NCBI GenBank assembly: GCA_021806925.1 | Contig: JAKAPS010000004.1 | Location: 1,586-65,585, forward strand | Direction: 5' to 3' | DNA: 64,000 bases | Source: a bacterium | GTDB taxonomy: Bacteria > Patescibacteriota > Dojkabacteria > JAKAPS01 | Shown: in pieces, positions 21,929 to 31,744 of the stretch | Layout: each line of letters opens with the position of its first letter | Position numbering within the stretch: the stretch's first letter is position 1 | The notes under the pieces: model-generated | The model's database searches: none | What the model was told of the DNA's origin: nothing | The model's input: only the letters and a program-made list of their open reading frames with translations | Made by a program: the position numbers and the translations under genes

Positions 21929-22268
21929 TCTCTAAAATCTTCTTAAAATATTTTTTAATTATTAAATCAATTTTTACTCTTATGCTTGTATCTAATACCT
22001 CCATGCTTTTGTTACTATCAGGCCTTATATTTATCAAGGAATTATAGTCAATAGTTTTCGTTATACAATCAATACCACCACCCCATAAATTAGTTTGTTT
22101 AGAACCATTCTCCAGTAGGAATTTTTCGCATTCATAATGCATGACTGTTCCAGCTGCCACAATACTTTGCTCAATATCAACAACAAATTTGATGTATGAC
22201 TTATATGTCAGCATTAATTCATTTATATCATATACCTTTAATTCCTTATTTATTATAAATAACGACAT
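21921..22268 (-). CDS. DUF5674-like protein
   Basis: IKFVVDI, MHYECE..LLENGSKQTNLWGG, SLINIRP. Confidence 0.75.
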   Translation of the reverse strand: MSLFIINKELKVYDINELMLTYKSYIKFVVDIEQSIVAAGTVMHYECEKFLLENGSKQTNLWGGGIDCITKTIDYNSLINIRPDSNKSMEVLDTSIRVKIDLIIKKYFKKILENE

Positions 22269-22333
22269 TCCAACTTCTTACTCCTATTATACTAATAATA
22301 TATTAGAAACTGAATAGTTGTGCCATTTCGTGT

Positions 22334-22498
22334 TTTACAAATGTTTATAAATACTTTATAATACTGAAATCTTAGTAAATATATGAGATATTGTTCCGTA
22401 AGACAATTTGGTATTTTGTTTTCAGTAATTATTAATACCTAATTTCCTACGGGTAGTTCCATTAAAAATATGGCTTCCCAAACAGGGGAGCCTTTTTT
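22334..22498 (+). promoter_or_regulatory. Promoter plus attenuator leader (leader ORF 22383..22442, terminator 22472..22498)
   Basis: TTTACA-N17-TATAAT; 19-codon ORF; GGCTTCCC-aaaca-GGGGAGCC-TTTTTT ending 4 nt before the downstream ATG. Confidence 0.7.
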
Positions 22499-22502
22499 AT
22501 TT

Positions 22503-23468
22503 ATGAGTATAGAAATAAAAGAACTTAATAAAAACAATCAACCGCTTCTTAATAAAACGGCTGATGAATTGGTCACGCTACTATTCATGCCAGGAACAGA
22601 TCAGACTTGTAAAATATCAGAGATGTATTCGTGTATCAGTCCAGAAGAATTAATAACTGCATACAGAATACTACACTATGAATATATGCTTTCTGATGAT
22701 AATACTATAACGGAAAAGCCAACTGACACTATAGAATCACTGCTTAATACAGGAGAGATAAATGAATACAATGCTACAGAAGTAATTAAATATATAGAAA
22801 GGAAGATATGCGATAAAAGGAACGGTACAGAGGTGGATTCCGATGATATTGATAATATTTCTGGTTGTGTTAGAAGACTTGCACTTGCAAAGATTATACA
22901 TAATTCAAAAGAGTATATTGACTCAATAAATAATTTAAATTCACTAATTGACTACAATAAATTTTCAACCCTATTAAATGAGTTATTTGGGAGCCAATTT
23001 ATAGGGATGGAAGTAAGAGTCAAATCCTTAGAATCGCTTGTGCAAAAACTTATCAGGAAAGGATTAGATAGAATAGATTCTGCAGGTGACATCATAGGAA
23101 TAAGAATAGTAACACAGGATATATCTACAACAGATGTCATGCAAAAAATAGTACATATATTATCTGTTTTTTATTCCGTCTTACCACAAAATTCAAGTGA
23201 AGAAATGACATATAAGATTATAGATGTGGATACAAATAACCATGTATCATACATGAAAATTCAACTTAAAATTAATGGTATACCTATAGAGATTATGTTT
23301 TCTAGTGAACATCAGGTAGAAATTGGAAAAGACCCATCTCATGATTTATGTCATAGTAACTATGAGTCTAGAAGAGCTATAAAAAGCACTGAAGAACTAA
23401 AACACATATTTGATGATATAAGAGAAAAGATAAGTGAAAAACTACTAGGTAGTAATCAATTCGTTTAA
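22503..23468 (+). CDS. Divergent RelA/SpoT-synthetase-like nucleotidyltransferase with N-terminal helical domain
   Basis: VRVKSLESLVQK, DIIGIRIV, IPIEIMF, HSNYE; start moved to ATG 22503. Confidence 0.7.
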   Translation: MSIEIKELNKNNQPLLNKTADELVTLLFMPGTDQTCKISEMYSCISPEELITAYRILHYEYMLSDDNTITEKPTDTIESLLNTGEINEYNATEVIKYIERKICDKRNGTEVDSDDIDNISGCVRRLALAKIIHNSKEYIDSINNLNSLIDYNKFSTLLNELFGSQFIGMEVRVKSLESLVQKLIRKGLDRIDSAGDIIGIRIVTQDISTTDVMQKIVHILSVFYSVLPQNSSEEMTYKIIDVDTNNHVSYMKIQLKINGIPIEIMFSSEHQVEIGKDPSHDLCHSNYESRRAIKSTEELKHIFDDIREKISEKLLGSNQFV

Positions 23469-23705
23469 TACTGATAGATCATGATGTATATACAGAATAT
23501 TTTTATTATTCTCCTTATACAAGTTGCTATCACGTGGTAATACACTAAAATCCATTTTATTATAATTATCAATAGTAACTTGTATTTTATTATGAAAATA
23601 TGGAATATTACCATAAAACTTAATATCTAATTGAGAAATAAGTAAATGAACAATGGTTTTGACATCTTCTACACATTGTAAGTTATTAGATCTTATTTCA
23701 GACAT
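23445..23705 (-). CDS. Hypothetical protein
   Basis: 86-aa ORF from ATG 23705, convergent with and overlapping the RelA/SpoT-like gene. Confidence 0.4.
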   Translation of the reverse strand: MSEIRSNNLQCVEDVKTIVHLLISQLDIKFYGNIPYFHNKIQVTIDNYNKMDFSVLPRDSNLYKENNKNILYIHHDLSVLNELITT

Positions 23706-23795
23706 ACTCAATATATACAACAATGTATAGAATATTACCAGTAATCTATACAGATTTAGACCAATCATGGTATAATAACACCTTGTAATATAAAT

Positions 23796-24977
23796 ATGGT
23801 CAATGGATTAAATGAGGCATATGGCAATGAATCTATATATAAACTGATTAATTTAGCATTAAAATCTATTAGTATCTTGAATAAGTTTACGCCTGATGAA
23901 AATACTAAGATAGAAGAAGTAATTGATAAGTATAGCAGTATAAACAAACGAGAATTTCATATTCAATATACCGAAGAAGATGGTCATATTCTTAACATAT
24001 TAGTAGGAGATGACGGTTCATTTGAAGCATACTATACAAAAAAAGATTGTGAAGAGCAACAAATAATTGGAATAAACAGAGTAAATAATGATGATAAAAC
24101 CTACTTAATAAATTTGAATGGAAAACACTTCTTATTAAAAATCGAATATTCAGAAGATGGAACACCAATAATACATGATACAATATCAAAATCAGATGAC
24201 AAATATAGACAACTAATATACCAAGTATTACTTGACTGGAAATATGCTTCAGATAAAATAATTGAAACATTTGATATTGCACTATCAATTGAATCGGACT
24301 TTAATCATATCCAAAACGAATTAGAAATACTATGTAAAGACGTGCTATATAAAATAGAAGGGGATGATGATGATGATGACGATGATGAGAATGACGATGA
24401 TGATGATGATGGGAATGACGATGATGATGATGATGGGAATGACGAGGACGATGATGGGAATGACGAGGACGATGATGATGGGAATGACGAGGACGATGAT
24501 GATGGGAATGACGAAGATGATGATGGGGGGGATGACGAGGATGTAAATGAAGATGATGGACATGATAGTGGTGAGAATACATATGATGGGATTGCTGCAT
24601 CAGGAAATATAACCAGAATGAGGGGTATAATGTATGCATATATTAGAATGGTAGCCGTATTAATAGATAATACTCTAATTGGGCCTAATTTTATTGAATA
24701 TATAGATCGGTTCAAAGATAAGAATATTCGTGCATCTATAAATAAAATTGATAATAGGTATGATAGATTTGAAGTAGTGTTTAATGAACCTTTTTTTATT
24801 AAATTTAACGTTAATGTTAATAATGTAGCAGATATTAATATTGAAAATATAGAAATAAATGCAAATGTAAATAAGTACCTACTTAATTTACTTTTAAATA
24901 ATAACCGTGCAGTCTTCAATTTATTTAGAACAATTTCACATATGATTGAGATAATAAAGGAATATAACAATGAATGA
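23796..24977 (+). CDS. Hypothetical protein with Asp-rich repeat tract
   Basis: 393-aa ORF; first of three similar orphans. Confidence 0.7.
   Translation: MVNGLNEAYGNESIYKLINLALKSISILNKFTPDENTKIEEVIDKYSSINKREFHIQYTEEDGHILNILVGDDGSFEAYYTKKDCEEQQIIGINRVNNDDKTYLINLNGKHFLLKIEYSEDGTPIIHDTISKSDDKYRQLIYQVLLDWKYASDKIIETFDIALSIESDFNHIQNELEILCKDVLYKIEGDDDDDDDDENDDDDDDGNDDDDDDGNDEDDDGNDEDDDDGNDEDDDDGNDEDDDGGDDEDVNEDDGHDSGENTYDGIAASGNITRMRGIMYAYIRMVAVLIDNTLIGPNFIEYIDRFKDKNIRASINKIDNRYDRFEVVFNEPFFIKFNVNVNNVADINIENIEINANVNKYLLNLLLNNNRAVFNLFRTISHMIEIIKEYNNE
24361..24560 (+). repeat. In-frame tandem repeat (GGGAATGACGAGGACGATGATGAT-like 21-24 bp units, GNDEDDDD)
   Basis: Directly visible GAT/GAC minisatellite. 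Confidence 0.95.
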
Positions 24978-25791
24978 ACTCAAAAATGAGAAACCAATAG
25001 GAGAATCTATAAGAGAATTATATGGGTTCTTAATATTATTAAGAACCTATATATTCAGTTGTGAGTATAGCGAATCAGAAGAGACTGGAGTAAATAAGAC
25101 ATTCTACTTTAACATAAGAAATGATTACAGAATAATAAACATGAAAATAGATCAGAATAGTAATCTAGAGATATTTGTATCAAATATTATTTACGGTAAT
25201 TCAAAGATAAATATATACAGTCCTAAAGTTGACAATCATTTATATATAATGGAGCTGTATGGTTTAATAATAGAGTACAACTCAAATGATAGAAGTATTT
25301 CATTTCTGAATAAAAATGAAATAGATGTAAATGGAGAGAATAAGGAATTGCTAATAAGATTTTTTGATGATTGGGTAAAGTTTTCAAATGAATACAGAGA
25401 ACTCAGCAGCGTTACATATAAGATACAAGAAATTCTAACCGATAATAAATATAGAAGCGTTATTAATCCTTTTACCGAGAATAACTTCAGGATATCTGAT
25501 ACATACAGTCTAGATGCAATATATACGGATAAAAATAATAGAGAAGTATTATTAGTAACAAATTATCTGCAAGAAAATAAATATAAACTTAAATTATCGT
25601 TAAATAATATAGAGTATACAATAGAATTTACATTAAATGAGTATAATCAAATAATAGTTTTATCCTATATAGTAAATAATTCATATATAGATTCACCAAT
25701 ACTTAATTTCCTTCTAAAAAGTAACTGTATACTTGGTCAATGTATTAGAAATATATTTCGTGATGATGATAACCAGAATATAACCTATTAA
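24970..25791 (+). CDS. Hypothetical protein
   Basis: 273-aa ORF overlapping the previous stop. Confidence 0.7.
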   Translation: MNELKNEKPIGESIRELYGFLILLRTYIFSCEYSESEETGVNKTFYFNIRNDYRIINMKIDQNSNLEIFVSNIIYGNSKINIYSPKVDNHLYIMELYGLIIEYNSNDRSISFLNKNEIDVNGENKELLIRFFDDWVKFSNEYRELSSVTYKIQEILTDNKYRSVINPFTENNFRISDTYSLDAIYTDKNNREVLLVTNYLQENKYKLKLSLNNIEYTIEFTLNEYNQIIVLSYIVNNSYIDSPILNFLLKSNCILGQCIRNIFRDDDNQNITY

Positions 25792-25830
25792 CATACAAAT
25801 ATAACAAAGATATGGTATACTCACATCAAA

Positions 25831-26970
25831 ATGTCTATAGAACATAACAACAATAAAGAAGAGATACTTCTAGGGCTGCATAAACTTTACAATGCATTGC
25901 TACAATTGCCAAATAATCTACTTAATCCTAAGTTGATGACCGAGGAGATATTTATTACTCAAGATGGTATTCTTGTATATAGGAAACATGAGCCTCGTAT
26001 ATTAACATATACAGAAATCAAATTTGATATAAATTCAGGTGAATTAACTGTGAATATATCGAAATTTACAAATCTTACCGGGAATAAAGTAGATATGTTA
26101 AATGTTTTTGACCCTGCAGCACCCTATAACACTACTGATTCAAATAATAATCAACCAGCTTCCTCTAAGAATAAAGAGGAAACCTCAGAAGATAGTTATT
26201 TGGAAGAATACTCGTTAACTATTAAGGAAATATCAGATAGTAATTACATTTTACTTATTAATGGTAATAAACCAATAGAATTTAAAGTTTATGATAACAA
26301 TATACAAATAAATAATTACATATCATTTAATAATGAAATTAATGTAATTAATAATATATTAAATATGTGGAATAGTATGAGAATAGAATTTTGTGATACA
26401 ACTATGTCATTGAAATATATATCAGAAGTTATAAAATTGAGTCCTATAGATGATACAATTGGTGATATTTATGATATTGCATTAGAAAACGCTCCTATGA
26501 ATTTACAAATCATCAAAAACCTTATTAATACAATATTACACATGAAGGAATTAGGAATAGATATACAAGATGAATATTCAAGATTATATGCGTTATTTAA
26601 ATATGATTATCCAACATATATTGAATACCATATACATAAGCTTTTTAATGGAAATAACATCATTAAAATAATTCATGAGGCAACCTATACAAAATTAATA
26701 CCAAATCCTAATCCTGATGAGAATCTTATCGAAGTATATTCTAATAACGATGATAGCTTATTGCTATCAGTAACACCTATAAATTTAAACCAATTTCAAT
26801 TAACTATTTATTTAGGTAGAAATCAAGATATTGGTATTATATTTGATTCTTCCATGAATATATTATCTATTACAGGAAGTGAAAATCCAGACTTATTCAA
26901 AATGCTACTTCCGCAATTAAGTTTACATGAAAAGATAAATAAATTTAATCGCAATACTGATAATAATTAA
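25831..26970 (+). CDS. Hypothetical protein
   Basis: 379-aa ORF, extended -10 TGGTATACT 9 nt before ATG. Confidence 0.7.
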   Translation: MSIEHNNNKEEILLGLHKLYNALLQLPNNLLNPKLMTEEIFITQDGILVYRKHEPRILTYTEIKFDINSGELTVNISKFTNLTGNKVDMLNVFDPAAPYNTTDSNNNQPASSKNKEETSEDSYLEEYSLTIKEISDSNYILLINGNKPIEFKVYDNNIQINNYISFNNEINVINNILNMWNSMRIEFCDTTMSLKYISEVIKLSPIDDTIGDIYDIALENAPMNLQIIKNLINTILHMKELGIDIQDEYSRLYALFKYDYPTYIEYHIHKLFNGNNIIKIIHEATYTKLIPNPNPDENLIEVYSNNDDSLLLSVTPINLNQFQLTIYLGRNQDIGIIFDSSMNILSITGSENPDLFKMLLPQLSLHEKINKFNRNTDNN

Positions 26971-27005
26971 TCCCCCTATTACTAATAACATATGTAAATA
27001 GGGGA
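26971..27005 (+). terminator. Hairpin after orphan array
   Basis: CCCCTATT...AATAGGGG. Confidence 0.45.
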
Positions 27006-27211
27006 GTATCCTAATTCAATCTATCTGCAATATACAAATAGACAAGTTGTTCAATTATTTATTACAGATTTTTATAAAATATATTAAATCACAAATATCA
27101 GAGAATGAAACGGTATTTAAAAGAATAAGAAGAAGAATAAATTAATTTAAGGGATAGAATGGGGGAATAAATAAAAATATGCTACCTCTCTACTCTCTTC
27201 AAATAATAAGT

Positions 27212-27241
27212 AACTGAGTATAATCACCCTTATACTCAGTT
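27212..27241 (-). terminator. Terminator hairpin of ruv operon
   Basis: 12-bp perfect stem AACTGAGTATAA-tcaccc-TTATACTCAGTT just past the 27246 stop. Confidence 0.65.
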
Positions 27242-27245
27242 TATA

Positions 27246-28094
27246 CTATGTATTTATTGAAATCAATATAAATACTGCTGTAATTATAATGAAGAGTGTA
27301 GTTACAAGATACATTGCTCTATTAAATATTCTTGTATTCTCTGACTCGAATTTCATTACATTAAACCAAAGTATAAATATACTTGTAAGTACAGGAACAA
27401 AGAATATCTTTATATTGAACAAATCAAGAATAAGGAAATACTGTATATATATTATCAATGTATATAAAATGATACTAATACTATTCTTAAGCCTTAAAAC
27501 AAGCCCCCAGTTATATATAAATATGTAGTATATAGATATGAGCATGAATATAATTGGAACTATATATGTATGGATACTATACATAACATTGTTCAGTAAA
27601 AGTGAATTAGTATTCATATTCTGCCCAACATATATATATTCAAAGAAGTGATATGTATTATATGATGTTATTGTGCCTCCTATGATAGAGAATAGGAATA
27701 GAAGACTTCTTGACGCTTCAAGAAGAGGTAAATTCCTATACCTTCCAACATTAAATATATTCATAATACTAATAACTGCATTAGTAAGTATAAAAATAAC
27801 TATCGCAAATATAACACTCTCAGCATCTCGTAATATATTTGAAATATGTTGAGAACTTATTATATATACAGCGGAAATAATAAGGTTATCCACAAAAACT
27901 ACAGGAAATAGCATTGATGTTACAAGTGATGAATATACAATATCTCTTTCAAACACCACAAACATTGATATATATAATACTATTGAATACCCTATTAGCA
28001 GATAAGGGTCCAGTCTGAAACCATCTACAAACGCCACCCATAATAATACAAAAGAGGATAATATAGACAATAGGAACATTATAGGTCTTTTCAT
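27246..28094 (-). CDS. Hypothetical polytopic membrane protein
   Basis: About 9 TMs, coupled to ruvB. Confidence 0.7.
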   Translation of the reverse strand: MKRPIMFLLSILSSFVLLWVAFVDGFRLDPYLLIGYSIVLYISMFVVFERDIVYSSLVTSMLFPVVFVDNLIISAVYIISSQHISNILRDAESVIFAIVIFILTNAVISIMNIFNVGRYRNLPLLEASRSLLFLFSIIGGTITSYNTYHFFEYIYVGQNMNTNSLLLNNVMYSIHTYIVPIIFMLISIYYIFIYNWGLVLRLKNSISIILYTLIIYIQYFLILDLFNIKIFFVPVLTSIFILWFNVMKFESENTRIFNRAMYLVTTLFIIITAVFILISINT

Positions 28095-29128
28095 GTGCTT
28101 TTATACCCCCTGGCTTTTTCTGTTGCTACCCTACCCTTCTCTGTTTTGTGAATAAATCCTTGCTTTAATAAATATGGCTCGTAAACATCTTCAATTGTAG
28201 AAACATCCTCATTAACAATTGCTGAGATTGTTTTAATCCCTAAAGCTTTTGGATATCTATCAACAAGTAAATCTATTATCAACCTATCTATGTTATCAAA
28301 TCCATTTTCATCAATTCCAAGTGCTTTTAATCCAATTAATGCTGATTCAAAGACTATTTTTCTGCTACCAGAGACAATAGCATAATCTCTGAGTCTTTTT
28401 AGATACCTTATTGCTAGCCTTGCTGTTCCCCTACTCCTCTTTGCAATTGCATCTGAAGCTTTTTCATCAATCTCTATATCTAATATATTAGCACTTCTTT
28501 TTATTATATTTATCAAATCCTGTATTGAATAATAGTCAAGCCTCAAATGAAGTCCAAATCTATCCCTAAATGGAGAAGATAATAGGCTTATCTTAGTTGT
28601 AGCTCCAACTAAAGTAAATTCAGGTATATCAATTGATATACTTCTTGCACTTACTCCCTTTCCAATTATGATATCAAGCCTAAAGTCTTCCATTGCACTA
28701 TATAGTATCTCCTGCGTCTCTTTACTCATTCTATGTATTTCATCAATAAATACAATATCTCTCTTTGTAATGCTTGTTAAAATCGATATCAAATCAGCAT
28801 TCTTCTTTAACATAGGACCAGTTATTATCTTTATATTACTTCCTACTTCTTTTGCAATTACATATGCTAATGATGTTTTACCAAGTCCAGGTGGACCATA
28901 AAGTAAAATATGATCCAAAGTTGCACCTCTTTTTTTTGCACTATCAATCATTATTTTTATTTCATTAATCTCTTTGTCCCTTCCTGGAAAATCTTCGAAA
29001 TTTTTTGGTCTTACATTATTACTTATATCAGAATCTTCCTGAAATTCTGATGTATCATTTGTAGCATGATTATTGCTATTAATTGTTTTATCTGCTACAG
29101 ATTTAATACTAGTATTACCTTTTTTCAT
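28091..29128 (-). CDS. ruvB: Holliday junction helicase RuvB
   Basis: GPPGLGKT, FIDEIHR, AMEDF, GATT, RDRFG. Confidence 0.97.
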   Translation of the reverse strand: MKKGNTSIKSVADKTINSNNHATNDTSEFQEDSDISNNVRPKNFEDFPGRDKEINEIKIMIDSAKKRGATLDHILLYGPPGLGKTSLAYVIAKEVGSNIKIITGPMLKKNADLISILTSITKRDIVFIDEIHRMSKETQEILYSAMEDFRLDIIIGKGVSARSISIDIPEFTLVGATTKISLLSSPFRDRFGLHLRLDYYSIQDLINIIKRSANILDIEIDEKASDAIAKRSRGTARLAIRYLKRLRDYAIVSGSRKIVFESALIGLKALGIDENGFDNIDRLIIDLLVDRYPKALGIKTISAIVNEDVSTIEDVYEPYLLKQGFIHKTEKGRVATEKARGYKST

Positions 29129-29673
29129 TTTCTAATATTCTTTATTGCATGTTTTATAATATCCTCTAAAGGCATATCAAAATCAATATCCTTCTCCACG
29201 TTTATAATTTCAGCATCAGTATATCCTAATTGTAGTAGAGTTGAATAAAAATCATCATGAGTTTGATTATACATCTTTAATTCACCCTTCAACTCTATTA
29301 TTATTTTCATAGCAGTCCTGTCACTTATACCTCCTAATTTCTTTAGTAACTTACTTTCTCCAGTATTAACCAGCTCATATATCTTGTTAATTTCGATATT
29401 TCTCATAAGTTTGAGTGCTGTTTTTGCACCAACTCCAGAGATATTTAATAATTTTTTAAAGAAATCAAGTTCCTTCTTTTCTTTAAAACCATATAGGTAT
29501 ATGTTATCTTGAGTAAATTTTGTAAATATATAAAGTGATAATTCTGTCCCTATAGTAATAGGCTCTACGATGATTGTCTCAACCGAATACCCCACACCAC
29601 TATTTGTTTTAATTATTACTTCACCTGTTTCACTGTTTAAATAAACGACATCTCCTTCAATATATCCTATCAT
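29125..29673 (-). CDS. ruvA: Holliday junction binding protein RuvA
   Basis: MIGYIEG, LYGF, ISGVGAKTA, IIIELKG. Confidence 0.95.
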   Translation of the reverse strand: MIGYIEGDVVYLNSETGEVIIKTNSGVGYSVETIIVEPITIGTELSLYIFTKFTQDNIYLYGFKEKKELDFFKKLLNISGVGAKTALKLMRNIEINKIYELVNTGESKLLKKLGGISDRTAMKIIIELKGELKMYNQTHDDFYSTLLQLGYTDAEIINVEKDIDFDMPLEDIIKHAIKNIRK

Positions 29674-30152
29674 AATATATTCTTCTTACTATATTGAGTA
29701 TAACTAATTGCTCCAGCAATTGCATCTGCAGCGTCATCAGGCTTAGGAATACTATCTAAAGATAGTAGTAATTTCACAGTATTTTGAATTTGCCTTTTAT
29801 CGGCTCTACCATAACCAGTTAATGCCATTTTTATTTCAAGCGGAGTCAATTCTATAAATGGTATATTTTTTCTTTTAAGAGTTAGTATTATTACTCCCCT
29901 AGCCTCCCCTACTTTGATTACAGTTTTTGCATTATTGTTAAAGAACAATTCTTCAACAACAGCAACATCAGGTTTAAATTTTCTAATTATCTTGCTAAGT
30001 CCTAAATACACATATTCTAATCTGTCCTCAATTGGATTATTTGCTGTTGTATTGATTGAACCATAATCTATGAGGCTGTATTTATTAAAATTAAATTCAA
30101 CTACTCCCCACCCCACAATCGCAAAACCTGGATCAATCCCAAGTATTACCAT
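29670..30152 (-). CDS. ruvC: Holliday junction resolvase RuvC
   Basis: ILGIDPG, EELFF, ARGV, PDDAADA. Confidence 0.97.
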   Translation of the reverse strand: MVILGIDPGFAIVGWGVVEFNFNKYSLIDYGSINTTANNPIEDRLEYVYLGLSKIIRKFKPDVAVVEELFFNNNAKTVIKVGEARGVIILTLKRKNIPFIELTPLEIKMALTGYGRADKRQIQNTVKLLLSLDSIPKPDDAADAIAGAISYTQYSKKNIL

Positions 30153-31015
30153 ATATTACTTACATCTGTATAGCATGATATTACATCATCGTCTTCTTCA
30201 AGAGAAAGTATAAGGTTTTGTAATTTCTCAACTTGAACCTGTTCTAAGTGAATTTGTTCATTTGCTAAATATATTAATTTACTTGTTTCTATTTCAAACT
30301 TATATTTTTCATCAATCAATTTTCTTATGCTGGCTAATGACTTATCAAGTGTATATATATCAATACTAAATACACCATCTTCTCCTCTATCCTCATCAAC
30401 AACATTCTCCTCCTTTATATCAATTATTCCTTCTACATCAAGTAGTTCTAACATAAAACTATCTATGAATTCATGATTACCACTTTGCAACTTTCTCTTC
30501 TCATTACTCGTATCAATATTTCTAATGCTCATAGACTTCAACTTCTTCTCATATTGTTCATGTTCTTCTTTTGTTTCTGATAGCAGCGATATATATCCTA
30601 CTATTGCAAATTTCCACAATATGCTATTACTTGGAACTAATTTACCTCCCCCGCCTTTTTCTATTATTTCTCTAATATTTGCTACAGTCCTATTTCTGTT
30701 ATCAGTCAGACACTCTATTAATAGGCTCGAATTTCCATATGAATATGCCTCATAAACAATGCTTTCAAGTGTATTTTTCTGTGATTTATCTGAGGCTTTC
30801 AGTATAGCAGATTTAACATTATCCATAGGCATATCAGCTTCTCTTGCACTGGATATTGCCATTTTCAAAGCAAAATTTGATTCTGGATCATCGCTTCCAT
30901 TTTGTTTTACAGCCTGAATTATCTGCTTTGATATCTTTGTATATATTTTACCCTTTGCAGAGTCATTTATACCTTTCTTCCGCTTTATTTGTGACCATTT
31001 ATTATGTCCTGACAT
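30146..31015 (-). CDS. yebC: YebC/PmpR family protein
   Basis: MSGHNKWSQIK start at 31015, TDNRNRT, LEEDDDV. Confidence 0.95.
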   Translation of the reverse strand: MSGHNKWSQIKRKKGINDSAKGKIYTKISKQIIQAVKQNGSDDPESNFALKMAISSAREADMPMDNVKSAILKASDKSQKNTLESIVYEAYSYGNSSLLIECLTDNRNRTVANIREIIEKGGGGKLVPSNSILWKFAIVGYISLLSETKEEHEQYEKKLKSMSIRNIDTSNEKRKLQSGNHEFIDSFMLELLDVEGIIDIKEENVVDEDRGEDGVFSIDIYTLDKSLASIRKLIDEKYKFEIETSKLIYLANEQIHLEQVQVEKLQNLILSLEEDDDVISCYTDVSNIW

Positions 31016-31106
31016 ATACCTTCCTTGTATTATATCATGTAGGGACACATGAACGCACAAGATAGAGTTGAATAAAGTTATAAATAATGATACTATTCAT
31101 ATCTAT

Positions 31107-31730
31107 ATGTCTTATGAAAATCACACACACGAACAATATGAACCTATTGGAGTACTAGCTATTTGTGTACATCCTTTTTTTCTTACTCCATTACGAAGTG
31201 ATAAAGTCTATCAAGAATTCCTTGAAAAAATAAGTAAATTTTACCCAACGAAACGAAATAATATTACGGTTATAACTCCTATGGAAAAAATACCTGGCGT
31301 CACAATACCTAATAATAATAATGAACGTTTCTCTTGGGAAGACCTTCAGGCAGAACTTATTGAGAATGCAGAAAAAGATAGATGTCTTCATTATGCATTC
31401 CCTAATACATTGATTATTAAAGATCTAATTGCACCTGGTTCTGATATAAACAACTTTAAAAGGATATTAAATGAAATGAAATTGATTATCACACCAGAAA
31501 CTCAAATCATCCTTGGTGGTGAATATACACAAGTTTGTGTATTAGGCGTTGCATTTCTTCTATTCAATGAGTTTATTCAAATCAATGAAATAAAAATACG
31601 CAGTGATGCATGTGTCCCTTATAAATCACGCTTTACTGGGGAAAACATGCCAATGGATCTACCTGAAAAATGTGGAATAGAATACTCAGAAGATGGTGAA
31701 TATATTCTACTACGTAGAAAAACTACATAA
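31107..31730 (+). CDS. Hypothetical protein, possible cysteine-hydrolase (isochorismatase-like) fold
   Basis: IILGGEYTQVCV and IRSDAC resemble the family's catalytic-Cys region; promoter TTGAAT-N17-TACTAT. Confidence 0.45.
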   Translation: MSYENHTHEQYEPIGVLAICVHPFFLTPLRSDKVYQEFLEKISKFYPTKRNNITVITPMEKIPGVTIPNNNNERFSWEDLQAELIENAEKDRCLHYAFPNTLIIKDLIAPGSDINNFKRILNEMKLIITPETQIILGGEYTQVCVLGVAFLLFNEFIQINEIKIRSDACVPYKSRFTGENMPMDLPEKCGIEYSEDGEYILLRRKTT

Positions 31731-31744
31731 AGAGATTCTTTAAA

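Noticed and set aside
24301-24970. His-, Ser-, Ile- and Met-rich ORFs in other frames
   Set aside because: Shadow translations of the GAT/GAC repeat
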